Shown here one piece after another: positions 1 through 12,091 of a DNA stretch of 64,000 nucleotides. The stretch is taken from positions 2,046,001-2,110,000 of the forward strand of contig JBLDXI010000029.1 in NCBI GenBank assembly GCA_047495785.1, in the 5' to 3' direction. The translations under genes were made by a program, and so were the position numbers. Positions within the stretch are counted from its first letter, which is position 1. Each line of letters begins with the position of its first letter. The DNA comes from Lepidodermella squamata. Taxonomy: Eukaryota; Animalia; Gastrotricha. The notes below the pieces were generated by a model. It did no database searches. It was not told where the DNA came from and saw only the letters and a list, made by a program, of their open reading frames with translations.

Positions 1-483
1 CTTGAAAGTGCTGGGCTATTTTTGTTCCACTAATACTATTCTGCTCATTACTGTTTTTATCATAGAAAAATTGCTTCGGGAAATAAAGGCTCTGCTATAA
101 ACCCGCAGTGAATACATCAGAAGTCAGTATTTTTTTGTTTCCTGGGTTCTGCAAAGTTCTATTAAGCTCTTCGAAACTCCGTGTTTTTGAGCTCTGACGT
201 CTGACGGATTGCACGCGGATATTTTGAATTTAATAGCAGGAAGGTGACAAGGTATTCTTAGAAAAGCGTGCGGGAAAATCTCCCTTGATGGTCACCGACG
301 ACGTCGCAGGTTTATGAGCAAATCAAAGGCGTGCCAAAATAAGATTGCATCTGGGGCATCAGTTTCCGCTAAAATATGCGTGGAATGTTTTGTCATTGCC
401 TGCTTTTAAGGTGTCAAGTTCTGGCAATCCTCTCTGTCAAAGCGACAGCAATAGAAAATCATTATTCTGTTATTAATTCGAAA

Positions 484-2835
484 ATGATTTTTCCACACCT
501 TCTTGCGTTCGTACTATCGGCATCTGCAATTGTAACAGAGGCGCGCAAGCCCTATCGTTTGCGCACCCTCTTTCACATTCCCCTATCACTGAATGTGGGA
601 GATTACCGCAACTGTCGAGGGGCTGTTCAGACAGCATACGATTTCGCTAACAATCGAAGCGATATCTTACCCGATTACAACCTCGAATACGACTATCGCG
701 ACGAAGGCCCCCAGAGCATGGCAGCAACTTCTTCGAGTATTAGCTACATTCGCAAAATGTTCGATTCCGAAGAGCCTGATCTCTTCATGTCCCCACTTAC
801 TGTCGGAGTATCGGCCACGCCAGGCTGCAAAAGCTGGGGTCGGGTTGCGTCTCACATGAACATGGTAATGATATCAGCCGCCTGCATTTCGCCAACCCAG
901 GTTGATCGGCGGGATGCCTACCCGAACTTGTGGCGAATCAGAGCATCGGCTCAATTGATTATAATGGCACGCCTAAGCTTCATATTGAAAGCAACAACCT
1001 GGAAAAAGGTAGCAATTATTTTCCCAGCTAGTGACAACGCTTTCGGTTTCGAAGCTGCTACTTACTCGATATCAGTCAACAATCGATTCGGCCTTGCGAT
1101 TCAAACAATTGAAGCTAGTTCTGATTTCAACGACGAATTTATGCAGAGCTTCGTGCAGAAAGACATCCGGATTTTCTCACTGGAAAATGGCGACTCAATA
1201 ATCATGATCCAATTCCTCTGTCAGGCCTATTTCAATGGTATTAAGGGCGATAAATATATCTTTCTAACTCTGATAAATTCCTATGTTGACCCTAACCTTG
1301 TCCCCGCGGCTTTCTACCCGAAAAATTGCAATTCGACGATTTACAAGGAGCAAATCGTTAGGGTTTTGTACTTTGGTGCTCTATCTCAACTTCCAGTTGC
1401 GAATGATGGGAAATCTAAAGATTACCTCGGCAACACATTGTCAGAATTTGATACATATCTCAAGACGAATTTCCCAGTCGATGTCAGAATGGTGGATTAT
1501 TCTGTGAGATATATATGCTACGATTTGGCTCTTCATTCAATAGTTGTCCTCAATGATTCTGAAAGTCGACTGAAAACGCTAAATATGTCACTCAGCGATT
1601 ACCGTGGGGATCCAAGGAACGTCATGTTGGCTGTTAACAGAAGCGTTGGAGGGGTTAGGTATCGAAATCAACAGCATGGCTTCTTCCACTACTCATCGAG
1701 AATGGAAATGGACTACGAAGCTCAGTTGGTCGTAACCTGGTCTCAGTCGACAGGTTTGAAAGCAAGATATATAATTCAGCTAGACGAAAACGCTACCTCA
1801 AGCAACGATATTTCTTCATTCAAAATTCGAGAATTATCAGGCTTCGAACCCGGATTTCTGCCAAAAGACTCGGCGTTTGAAGATATTTTTGATATAGGGG
1901 TTCCAATCGTTGCTTTTGTATTTCTCTCCGCAACAGCATTCATCATACTTCTTATTCAAATCGGTGGCATATCTTGGGTTATATCGGCTGAGGGCAAGAC
2001 TAATGGTAAAAGATTAGAGGACATCCAAATTCTCCTTAGCTTCACCTTATTAGCTGGAGGTTCAGCTTTGGCGGTCGTACCTACAACACTTCGAAGTGAC
2101 GTCATTTGCGAAGCTTCAATACTTACGGTTGTCATGGGTCTTTCGCTGCTTTATAGCACTTTGGTTTTTCGGCTGAGGACAGCTTTCAAAATTCTACGGC
2201 AGAATGAAACACGCCAAAGTAATCGCCCGAGTGATGTTACGGAGGAAGTTTCGTTTTTCATTCGAACGCTTTTATTCCTTCTACTGAATTTATTCGTCGC
2301 TATCGCATGGGTGACATCTGATCCTTACCTGGCTAGAAATGTCGAACCCGACAAGTCGCGATTTTACGATCCCAAAAGTGACACTTATATCACGAACCAC
2401 TCAATTGTATGTGCATCGAACTGGACAGGCAATTGGCTCGCAGGCCTTCTCTCCTTAAACGCATTTGTTCTCGCAACTGGGACGATTTACGTGATGAAAC
2501 TGCGGGGAAATCGATATTTGCCGTTCTATCCATTTGTGAAGCGACTAGCTGTAGCTGTTGCAGCTTCTTCCACGCTATTTCTTGCAACTGTATCTGTGGT
2601 CATCATGCTGAAATCAGCTAGTGGCCAGGATTTGACAATTTGTGTAGCACTGCAGATGCAATCTGCTTTGGTTAGTGCTTTGCTGTACGTCAACGTTGGG
2701 AATGGTTCTGATATCGCCGGGGAAGCCATGCCTCGAATTCCATCGACTTACAGTCAAATGCGGAGTAAATTAATAACGATAGGCCGTTCGAGCGGTAGCG
2801 CAACAAGGCTTTACAGCCGTCCAACGCTTATGTAA
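484..2835 (+). CDS. Class C (GABA-B-like) GPCR, subfamily A, intronless
   Basis: Signal peptide from ATG 484 (MIFPHLLAFVLSASAIVTEA). Venus-flytrap-like domain with NNRSDILPDY motif, then seven hydrophobic helices and no Cys-rich domain. The upstream ATG at 376 is less likely because paralogs start near the 484 position. Confidence 0.85.
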   Translation: MIFPHLLAFVLSASAIVTEARKPYRLRTLFHIPLSLNVGDYRNCRGAVQTAYDFANNRSDILPDYNLEYDYRDEGPQSMAATSSSISYIRKMFDSEEPDLFMSPLTVGVSATPGCKSWGRVASHMNMVMISAACISPTQVDRRDAYPNLWRIRASAQLIIMARLSFILKATTWKKVAIIFPASDNAFGFEAATYSISVNNRFGLAIQTIEASSDFNDEFMQSFVQKDIRIFSLENGDSIIMIQFLCQAYFNGIKGDKYIFLTLINSYVDPNLVPAAFYPKNCNSTIYKEQIVRVLYFGALSQLPVANDGKSKDYLGNTLSEFDTYLKTNFPVDVRMVDYSVRYICYDLALHSIVVLNDSESRLKTLNMSLSDYRGDPRNVMLAVNRSVGGVRYRNQQHGFFHYSSRMEMDYEAQLVVTWSQSTGLKARYIIQLDENATSSNDISSFKIRELSGFEPGFLPKDSAFEDIFDIGVPIVAFVFLSATAFIILLIQIGGISWVISAEGKTNGKRLEDIQILLSFTLLAGGSALAVVPTTLRSDVICEASILTVVMGLSLLYSTLVFRLRTAFKILRQNETRQSNRPSDVTEEVSFFIRTLLFLLLNLFVAIAWVTSDPYLARNVEPDKSRFYDPKSDTYITNHSIVCASNWTGNWLAGLLSLNAFVLATGTIYVMKLRGNRYLPFYPFVKRLAVAVAASSTLFLATVSVVIMLKSASGQDLTICVALQMQSALVSALLYVNVGNGSDIAGEAMPRIPSTYSQMRSKLITIGRSSGSATRLYSRPTLM

Positions 2836-3222
2836 ATTCGTTCTTATTAGCGAAGATTATATAAAAACTTCGCAAATCGAAAGTGTTCACTAAAGAACTA
2901 GACATAAATCCGTAGAAAATAGAGAAAGTAGCGCAACGATCATCTATGTCGATTCATGTCGAGGACACTCAGAATATCAATTTACGAACGCCAATACAAC
3001 TACGCACATCAGAATTTATTCTCGAAAGTTCCACGTAATAATAAAGATCTCAATCGGATGGTCGAATGAAGCTTATCGGTGATATCGCTTACCAGTATCC
3101 AGTATCCTCACGACCTCCCAACTTCCATTTTTGGCTAGCATGGATGGCTGTTTTTCACAGGGACCAAAGCATTGAAGCAAAATGCTCTCTTTACGTCAAT
3201 GAGCTTTAGATCACTTTTAGAC

Positions 3223-5580
3223 CTAGCGATCAAAGAATGAACCCCGTCTTGTATCATCAGAAAATAGTGAGCTGCGTCTCCTTGCCATTAAATTCTGGTT
3301 AACAGCTGACACTCGGGCGGAAAAACGAAAGTTCAGCATCGAATCCGGGGCAGGAGCCTTCTGCACTCTAATAAAAAGTAGGCTAAAGACCCCAGAGGAA
3401 ACTAGGAAAATTCCGATACCAATGGAAATTTCGAATAAAGTCGATGTCTGTGATATCAACATGAGTAGAACTACGGCAACGTAAATCGTGAGGGTAACTA
3501 CAATAGCGATAAGGTATCGTTTAACAAAAGGGTACAGAATGAGCTGTGGGTTGGATTTTAGCTTGAAGACCTGTACTATACCAATTAGAAGCATGCAGAA
3601 ATTTAGAGCCAGAATATTAATTATCCAAACGTCTTCCCATCTTGATCGACAAGCTGCTGAGTAGGTTTCGAAATAAGTGTCCACCGCTTCATCATAGTGC
3701 CTGGATTGATCACTTATTGCAACTTGAAGAGGGTCAATTGCTGACCAGCAAACCACTACGACTACATTCAGTCCGGTGAAAACAGCTGATTTCATGCAAA
3801 TCTGAAATTCCGGCAGGGACATTTCAGCGTAACCACTCAACTGTCCGCCAAAAGATTTTCGAATCTTGTTCCCACGGAAGAATTTCGCTATAGCGATAAG
3901 TCGAAATGACATTGTCGCCAGTAGCCACGAAATTCCGATAGGTATGAAATAGCTGGAAGCTAAACAGACAGATGTAGTTCTGGTGATCGTATTCGTTCCA
4001 ACTAGAATCGACCTTAAGTCCAGGATAGCGAAACATAACAACAACGAGATATTGCGCAATCTATCATTTTTAATCAATTCCCTTGAGATAACCATGCATT
4101 TTACTATGAAAATTGCTGTCACCACTGAAGCAAATGGAGCGAAAAATTCCAATGGAACTCCGCCAATTTGTGTCACCTCCAAGCCTGCGTCCTTTGGTAA
4201 GGAACCGGAAGAAAATGGGTCCACGTTTGTAACAAAGTAATTCATGGGGTCCATTGGATCACTTGCATTATCTTTCAGGCTAATCAAGTATTTTGCACGG
4301 AGAGATTTGGTTTTCGAGCTCCACGCAGCAACAATCTGAGGCTCGAAGTCCACCTCGAGCCTTTCTGAGTAGCGGAAGGGGCCAAGCCTTAGGCTGTTTA
4401 TCTTGATGTTACGAGCAGTGTCATTCGCGACTAGCATCACCTTCCTGGGCTCTAGTCGATAGCTAAGCAGAGTCAAATTTTGCGCCTTCAGCTGAAGATC
4501 GGTTTTGTGTAGAATCATTATCCCAAGCAAAGCGACGTCATAAGCGAGGTATCTGTAAGAAATGTCAGGGGTGCGTATTGAGTTGTTGGTATAGGTTGAG
4601 AAGGCCCTGTCAAATTCTGGTATAGTGAATCCTAATTCATCCCTCCCACCTTGCGGAACCATTACAGGAACAGGAGTGCTGATGTATAAGGTGATTTCCA
4701 ATTGTTCCATGTAATTCTTTTTACTACAACCTTGAGGCAGCGCAGAATCAGGGTAGAGCATAGGATCAACAAATGAGGACAATTGAGTGATGAATATATA
4801 TTTAGACCCGCGCAGCCCTACGTCGTAAGTACGGCAAAGGAATCGCAGCATGAAATCGAAGTATGCCGCTTCAACCATGATAATTCTGACGTCAGAACGC
4901 TTTAGCTCCGAGAGAAATTCGTCACTCAAATCGTAGGTTGCTTCAAAATAGGTTACGTTGAAACGTAAATTCGAATTAGTAGCAAGAGAGTAAAGCAAGC
5001 TTGCCGATTCATATCCAAAGCTGCTGGTCACATCAGCTGCTGCTACGATGCCAATTTTACTCCATTTAGGAATTCTCGCTATGAAGAGCATTCGAGCCGG
5101 TAGGGATATTGCATAAGACGAACGCACTCTATACATGTTCGGGTAAATATCCCGCCTAGCTGTTTGGCTGGGGGCTGTGCAGCTCATCGCGACCATAACC
5201 ATGTTCACGCGATGTGCAGTGGACCCCCAGCTTTTACACCCGGGTGTACCCACACCGCCCAGTGTGATTGGTGACATGACGGCACTCGGATCGTCAGTAT
5301 AGCGACGGACAAAGTCGATTCCCTGCCGAGCTGCATCTGTAGATTGAGCGCCGTCGTCTAGAAACTCTAGTTCAATGTGGTAGTCAGGTAAAATGTCGGT
5401 TCGATTGTTGACTATATCTACCGCCATTTGCTGGGCAGCTCTGAAGCCTCGCACACCATATGGCTGTGCTTCTGTTACCGGTAGCATCGATAAGACTTTG
5501 AGACGAGTGGCTTTCTCGGCGAAATTTAGCGAGAACAAGCCAGATGAAAAGATCAAGACAACTTGGAAAGCTGGTTTCAT
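3223..5580 (-). CDS. Class C (GABA-B-like) GPCR, subfamily B, intronless
   Basis: 785 aa ORF with signal peptide, MAVDIVNNRTDILPDYHIEL motif and 7TM region. Closest in-window paralog is 7995-10331. Confidence 0.85.
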   Translation of the reverse strand: MKPAFQVVLIFSSGLFSLNFAEKATRLKVLSMLPVTEAQPYGVRGFRAAQQMAVDIVNNRTDILPDYHIELEFLDDGAQSTDAARQGIDFVRRYTDDPSAVMSPITLGGVGTPGCKSWGSTAHRVNMVMVAMSCTAPSQTARRDIYPNMYRVRSSYAISLPARMLFIARIPKWSKIGIVAAADVTSSFGYESASLLYSLATNSNLRFNVTYFEATYDLSDEFLSELKRSDVRIIMVEAAYFDFMLRFLCRTYDVGLRGSKYIFITQLSSFVDPMLYPDSALPQGCSKKNYMEQLEITLYISTPVPVMVPQGGRDELGFTIPEFDRAFSTYTNNSIRTPDISYRYLAYDVALLGIMILHKTDLQLKAQNLTLLSYRLEPRKVMLVANDTARNIKINSLRLGPFRYSERLEVDFEPQIVAAWSSKTKSLRAKYLISLKDNASDPMDPMNYFVTNVDPFSSGSLPKDAGLEVTQIGGVPLEFFAPFASVVTAIFIVKCMVISRELIKNDRLRNISLLLCFAILDLRSILVGTNTITRTTSVCLASSYFIPIGISWLLATMSFRLIAIAKFFRGNKIRKSFGGQLSGYAEMSLPEFQICMKSAVFTGLNVVVVVCWSAIDPLQVAISDQSRHYDEAVDTYFETYSAACRSRWEDVWIINILALNFCMLLIGIVQVFKLKSNPQLILYPFVKRYLIAIVVTLTIYVAVVLLMLISQTSTLFEISIGIGIFLVSSGVFSLLFIRVQKAPAPDSMLNFRFSARVSAVNQNLMARRRSSLFSDDTRRGSFFDR

Positions 5581-6984
5581 GGATAATAGGACTTTTGATG
5601 TTAATCGCAGCAGCAGAGTGAACAGGTATATTTATGTACAGCGTAATGGACACCGCTGATTAAATTAATGTCCAGCCATCTCACTGCGAGGCGCGTTCAG
5701 CTTGGTAAGGAGACGCGTGACCACGATGAAATCGATCCCTATCATCGTTACGATGATGATGCTTCGTCACTTCGCTTGAAGTGATTGAATATTTGAACTG
5801 GAAATTGTTCCATTCTCAACAACTCAACGTAATTGCATGCTGAATCAAAGTCAGGCGACTGTCTTATGGAAAAGATCAAATTTCCTTCACGGATTTACGT
5901 GAGTTCAAAAAGAAAAAAGAAAAAGCCGAGTGGACGTATAACACGCCACATGATGCGCTGTAGCCCTTTACCGGCTGATTGCGAAGCAAAGCTAGCGCCT
6001 GCACTTCAATTGATGAGGCGAATTGACGATGACGTCTTTTTCATGTCCTTTCAGGTGGAAAAACACGAGTAATATGCTTAATTCCAAAGCCTTAGATGTA
6101 AAAGACATGTTATCACCTGATTCCAGGTCGACCAGAGTTCATGACAAATTAGCTTGGAAAGTAGGAGATGATAGTTAGACGCAGATCAAAGTTGGCATGC
6201 ACTTTAGTCGCTTTTTAAATGCACTGGAAAGTTTTGCGAACAGGTGTCAAATTACTCCGACCAGTAAAATTGTCTCTGACCTTCGAAAACTGGGGAAACT
6301 TCACTTTTCGCTACTTTGTCACATACAGACTGTGTTCTATCCAGCCGAACATTTTCTAGAAGGATGAGGAAGTGTAGAAATGTCTGCTTTCGCAGGCTGT
6401 ATAGTATTCTTAGATAAAATTAACAAGAAAAAGAAATTCCCTGGATGGTTTTCAATGGTCTTGCGTGGAAGGAACAAAGAAAACGTATGTCTGCTGATAA
6501 CTATTTGCTGCGCAGTGATCGGCTTCAACCAATTACACTTCTCCACTTATAGCTCGGGAATTATCATGATTTGGGCCTGGATTTCTCTGCCAGAATACTC
6601 CGAATGTTAAGATGTTTCTATATAGGAGCCCCAATCAGAGCTTTCGGATTTCGGATATTTCTCCCCAACAGCATCAATAATACTTTGTCAATTGCATGGA
6701 TAATATGTGATGTCGGCATGGGTAACGCAAAATCCGTTATTCAGCGCGAGTGTTAAATACCACCGTTATATATACACGGTTATTTTTTCTAGCGTCAAGA
6801 TCGACCTGGTTACCTTATTTGGTAAAGGTAAGCCACTTGGTATTTCAAGGTTCAATGCGAAAACAAAGCCTTCTTTCCATTCAACGCCACTACCCGCCGT
6901 TGTTGTACCTGGTCGAGGCGAAAATTTTAAAATTTGGTAGGTCGAAACTGGGCCAGTTCTCAATTCAGGCAGATGAATCTGCTT

Positions 6985-7535
6985 TCAACTAGGCTTAATT
7001 CGAAGCACAGAACGATATAAGTAGCGACAAGTATGCGACAAAGTAGCGATCAAAGTGCCTGAACACTCAATGCCACCACTTGATATCACCGCATTCCAAG
7101 GGGCCACAGATAAGCTCAAATTTCCTGTTTCACAAGTATTATATTGACTTCGGCCACATATTTGGTTAGAATGTAAGGATAGCTTCTCTCGAATCCAGTC
7201 AATCAAGTATCAAATTTTGAACAAATTTTCGGGTTAAGCAATAAGCTGTGGAGCAACCAGGCAGACTGCGGCAAGTTCCCGAACCTTTACTGGGCCCGTT
7301 CAGTGCCTCTGACTTGTCCTCGGTTCCCCGAGTGCTCTTTAGCCACTCATGCTCATGCACTTTAGCCGGGAGCCGGGACAACGCAGCTGGAAAATAAATT
7401 GCATTTATGATTTAAAAATAAGTTGCAATCTCACGCGCTGGCATTTCTTTGGTAATTATAACCCAAATGTCATTCTTTGTAGAATCAACTCCGATTCAAC
7501 AGAACAGGCAAGTGGGCTGCATGCATTAAATTGCC
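6985..7535 (-). pseudogene. Degenerate trypsin-like protease (homolog) remnant
   Basis: Minus-strand fragments CSPLAC, DWIREKL and APWNAVISSGGIECSGTLI resemble S1 protease motifs. Frames are broken; the segment is partly duplicated at 10740-11016. Confidence 0.35.
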
Positions 7536-7994
7536 GCAAGACATGTCTGTAGAAAGCAATTTCTAGCTAGTCTCCTGAATGGAAGCTCAACCATTTTATA
7601 GGCAGATAGTAGCGCCGCTTGATCCTGCAGAAAAACAAATTCACACTCAGTCCTGTTAGTGCTCCAGAAACAGACGTGCTGACGTAGCCGGTATAACATT
7701 CCGCCACCTGCTACACAGTAATAATTTGCGATAACAACGTGTTGGCTTGATGCCTAGCAATCGATTACTACACGAGGCATACGCGTCTCATCATTACCTC
7801 ACAGGCGACAATAAGCTGTATCAAGTTCGTCAGCTACTGATTATTAGTCGAGAAAACTTTGAATCTTCGATTGAGTGTGACAAATTAGTAACACAGTCGC
7901 TGCGCCCACTGCAATACAGCGCTGATGCGCCCACTCTGCAAGATGAAGCTTCAATTATCAGCTGCAAATGCCAGTGTAAAATAATTCTTGCCAT

Positions 7995-10331
7995 ATGTTT
8001 TTGAAAATGCATCTATTTACTGTTGCAGCATTAACCCTGCAACTATGTTTTCAACATGTGCTCTCTCAGCACAGGAAACCTCATCGACTGAGAGTTCTCT
8101 CTTTGCTGCCAATATCAGACTCATCATTCGGCGTCCGAGCATTAAAAGCTGGCCAGCAAATTGCTGTAGACGTGGTGAACAATCGCAGTGATATTCTACC
8201 CAACTACCACATTGAGTTAGAATTTAGTGATGAGGGCGTCATGTCAGCAGATGCTGCTCGCCAAGGCATCGAATTTCACCGACGTAACTTTGAAAACAGC
8301 GATACCATTATGTCCCCGGTCGCCTTCGGCACATTCTCTACCCCTGGGTGTAAAGCCTGGGGTTCAACCGCTCATTACATGGACATGGTTGTTATTTCAA
8401 TGAGTTGTACAGCAACCAGCCAGACTGCTCGACGAGACATATACCCAAACCTTTACCGGGTCCGTTCAGCCTACGACTTGTCCTTGGTTGCTCGGATGCT
8501 CTTCATGCGTGATATTCCGAAATGGAACCGAATCGGTATAATTGTTGGCGTTGACTACAACTCTTTCGGCTATGACTCAGGCAGCTTATTTTACAGTCAG
8601 GCAATTGAATCTGGTTTCAATGTGGCTTCATTCGAAGCAACGAACGATCTAAATGATGAGTTTATGACGACGCTAAACAAATCGGACATGCGGATTTTCA
8701 CCTTTGAATCAGGAGTTGGCTCCTTTCTTGTACGTTTTATGTGCCGGGCTCATAGTGTTGGAATTCGTGGGTCGAAATACGCGATAATATCCCAACTCGC
8801 TATTTTTGCCGATCCTGTGGTGTTTTCAGATGCAGTTTTCGTAGGCCTGGGTTGTTCTAAGAAGGCCTATCTCGAGCAGCTTGAAATAACTTTGTACGTC
8901 AGCACGCCTTTCCCAATAGTAGTACCACTGGCAGTTACAGATGAACTGGGGTTCACTTTTGAGACGTACAATGCCGCTTTTACAAAGCTCACTAACAACT
9001 CTATTAAAACCGCAGACCTTCCTCAAAATTGGCTGGCCTATGAAGTCGCCCTAGTTGGAATCATGGTTCTTGACAGCTCGGAGAAATCTCTGGCCAAACA
9101 AAATCTGTCGCTACTTGACTACCGTACAGAACCTAGAGCTGTCATGCTCGCTGTAAACGAAAGTGCTAGGACTATCCGGATAAGGACACTGAGGCAAGGT
9201 TTGTTCCGCTACTCACAAAGAGTCGAGCTTGACTATGAGCCCCAACTCATCATGAAATGGAGCGATAGCGCAAAATCACTCAAGCCGAGGTACATGGTTA
9301 CAAAAATAGAAAACTCGACGCAATACTCAAATTTAGACGCATATAGTCTGAAAGAAATTGAACCTTTCAACCTCGAATCGATGCCTAAGGATGCAGCTTC
9401 GGAGATAACAGTCGATGGAGGCGTTCCTGTGGGTCTTTACGCCACAATGATTGTAATAGCTATATCTTTGTTTCTAAACCAACTCCTTGTAATTTCCAGA
9501 AAAATCTATTCGAAAACTAAGCCCTTTGCCAATCTTGACTATATAACTATGTTAGCCAGTTTCTTCGCACTGAATGCGGGCTCATTAACATCAGCAATCC
9601 CATCAAATTGGAAGAATAGCTCAGTGTGCTTGGCAGTATGCTTTGTCATTCCATCCGCCGTTTCATTCTCGCTGTCATTAAATGTCGTCCGTTTATCAGA
9701 GGTGATCAAATTTTTTAAAAGCAACAAAATTCAGCGATCATTCGCAGGTTGTCCTGTGAATGTTCAACCTATGAAATTGCCTGAAAATAAGATACTTTTG
9801 AAGTCAGCAATTATTTCAGCTGTAATCATTCTCATAGAGATTCTATGGGCTTCAATCGACCCACTTCACGCTGTAAGTATTGATAGACTCAGGTCGAGGT
9901 ACTATGATTCACTCAAAGATTCATACATTGAAACATTCGAAATGTCGTGTCGTTCGTAATGGGAGACCGATTGGATTGTCAGTATACTCGCGATAAATTT
10001 CGCGCTTTTTCTCGTTGGGCTGTTCTATGTGATCAAACTTCGCAACAATCCTCAGTTGATTCTCTATCCTTGGGTGAAGCGGTATCTCTATGCTGTTGCG
10101 ATGTCTTTTTCCATGTTTGTCGCCGTGGCGGCTTTAATGCTCATTTCGCCGACTAGTGCGATGTTTGAGATATCCGTCGCTTTTGGGTTGATTTTCGTAT
10201 CATTCGGAGCTTTTTCCTTACTGAACATTCGAGTACCCGAATCTCCGGCGCTAGAGTCAATTCGTAACTTCCCTTTTAATCAGCTGGGAACAATTAATTT
10301 GGCGGCTGGAGCCAGAACAACTTGGAAATAA
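7995..10331 (+). pseudogene. Class C GPCR, subfamily B, with a single in-frame TAA at 9957-9959
   Basis: The ORF reads ...CRS* then continues in frame WETDWIVSILAINF to the stop at 10331. Paralog 3223-5580 reads CRSRWEDVWIINILALNF at this point. Confidence 0.8.
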
Positions 10332-10739
10332 CAAATGAATATACCTAATTGTCGTCTTGAATTCAAACAATTATATTCTGCTGTTAGTAATATTAGTGTG
10401 AAGTGTGAATCATTTTTAATTGCAATGTCTGTTATGGTCATTAGAAGAAAGGAGTAGAGCGCGTTAATAATTGAAAACATGTGGGAAATACGTGCAATTA
10501 TCGAAAACTAAAGAATTTAACACGTTCTTGATGATGAGCTGAATATTATCTCAGGTAGAAAATATTAAAGGTGTTTGAAAAACATGCTCTAATTTTTACA
10601 TTAGCACCCTAATCGTCAGAAGTAAATCATAATGCGAACGATGCCGAAAAATGGCGAGCAATCTTCACCGTCTGTTATGATATAACTCCGCACAATTTTC
10701 AAGGTACATTTCGCTCTCGGTATAACATTGGACTTCCAA

Positions 10740-11016
10740 CCAGAAATGAACGCGAGTCGATCAAAGTTCCAGAACACTCTATGCCGTCACTCCATATCGT
10801 CAGCACATTCCATGGAGCCTCGGCGATACTCAAATATACCGTTTTTGGGCGGGGGTGAATTTTGGAAGCTCGGTTCACGCAGCTTGACTGCACTCTTGAA
10901 GATTTGTTCAAATCTCACGACCTTGCAGTTCTTTGGTACTGTAGCCAAATTTGATTCCTTAGAGAATCGACTCCGATCCAACTGAGCAGGCTAGTGGGGC
11001 GCCTGGCGTTAAATTG
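10740..11016 (-). pseudogene. Second trypsin-like remnant, duplicate of part of 6985-7535
   Basis: Encodes PGAPLAC...IL*GI and APWNVLTIWSDGIECSGTLI. Nucleotide similarity to 7050-7110 and 7480-7535. Confidence 0.35.
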
Positions 11017-12091
11017 ATAGTCGAGCTCACTACACGCCTAAAGAGTTTATTCAATTAAAGAGTTGATATTCTTGAATAATTTGTGAAGAAGCGCACTATT
11101 TTTTATAAACCGGACCAGACGCTGGTCCGGACCGGACCGGCTTACAATAAAGCGGACTTTCATTTGGTCGGACTAAATCGCCTGGCATGGATAAAGTCCG
11201 GCGTCCGGCTGAACGCAAAAATACGGTACCATCGCTACACGATAAACAATAACGTATCGCGCCCTAGAGCTGCCATAAAATTGCGCTATATCTAGCTAAT
11301 ATAACCGACAGCATTCTCCGCTACAAGGGTTTTTGGAGGAGCATCCCAGATCCCAGCTCTGCTGAAACTCGAAGCAGTCCGGAAATTGTCACCAAATTCA
11401 ATTTCATCCAACTAGGACTTTATTCCAGGGATGTTTCTTTATATGCATCTCCGCATTATCAAAAAACAGGAATTGAAAGGTTGTATGCATACCTATCATT
11501 GAAATTCCTCTTACAAAGTTTCGAGTCAAATTCCGCGCGCTCCTCCACGCATCAGTTGACTTTTTCCAGAAAGCGGTTGGCAAAACTGCAAAGTGGTTTT
11601 AAAATAACACACCGGACTAGTTTTGGATAAACAACTATTTGCAGAATCAGGCATAAAATCATCGTGCACCTAGTGAATGCTACTTGATGCAATCGATTTA
11701 CAGTGTAAACTTGATTCTTGTACACCGAATACACGATAAATAATTCTCATATTGTCAGTCATCCGCACATTTATAATGCACATATTTATATTGAAGCGCA
11801 TATTTATGATGCGCTTTGAATTCTTTGAGTTCTTCGGTTCCGCGGAACAACCCATGAAACGTGTGCGGCAGTTACATGCATCCGCTTTTATCGCTAATGT
11901 ATGTTTTCTCATAACCAGGAAGCTTTCATGCGCTAAGATGCGCGGAACTGCTGAAAGACAGAGTTTTTTGCTAGCTCAGACGTCCACGCGGAAAACATAA
12001 GCCCTTGGGGGCGGCATGGCGAGAATATTTAAACTTGGAATCCTTTTTTAAATCATTCATCTTCGGTGAGATTTTCCGTGGACATCCCAGG

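Noticed and set aside
11105-11212. CCGGAC-rich patch as a MITE
   Set aside because: Neither TIRs nor a TSD could be defined.
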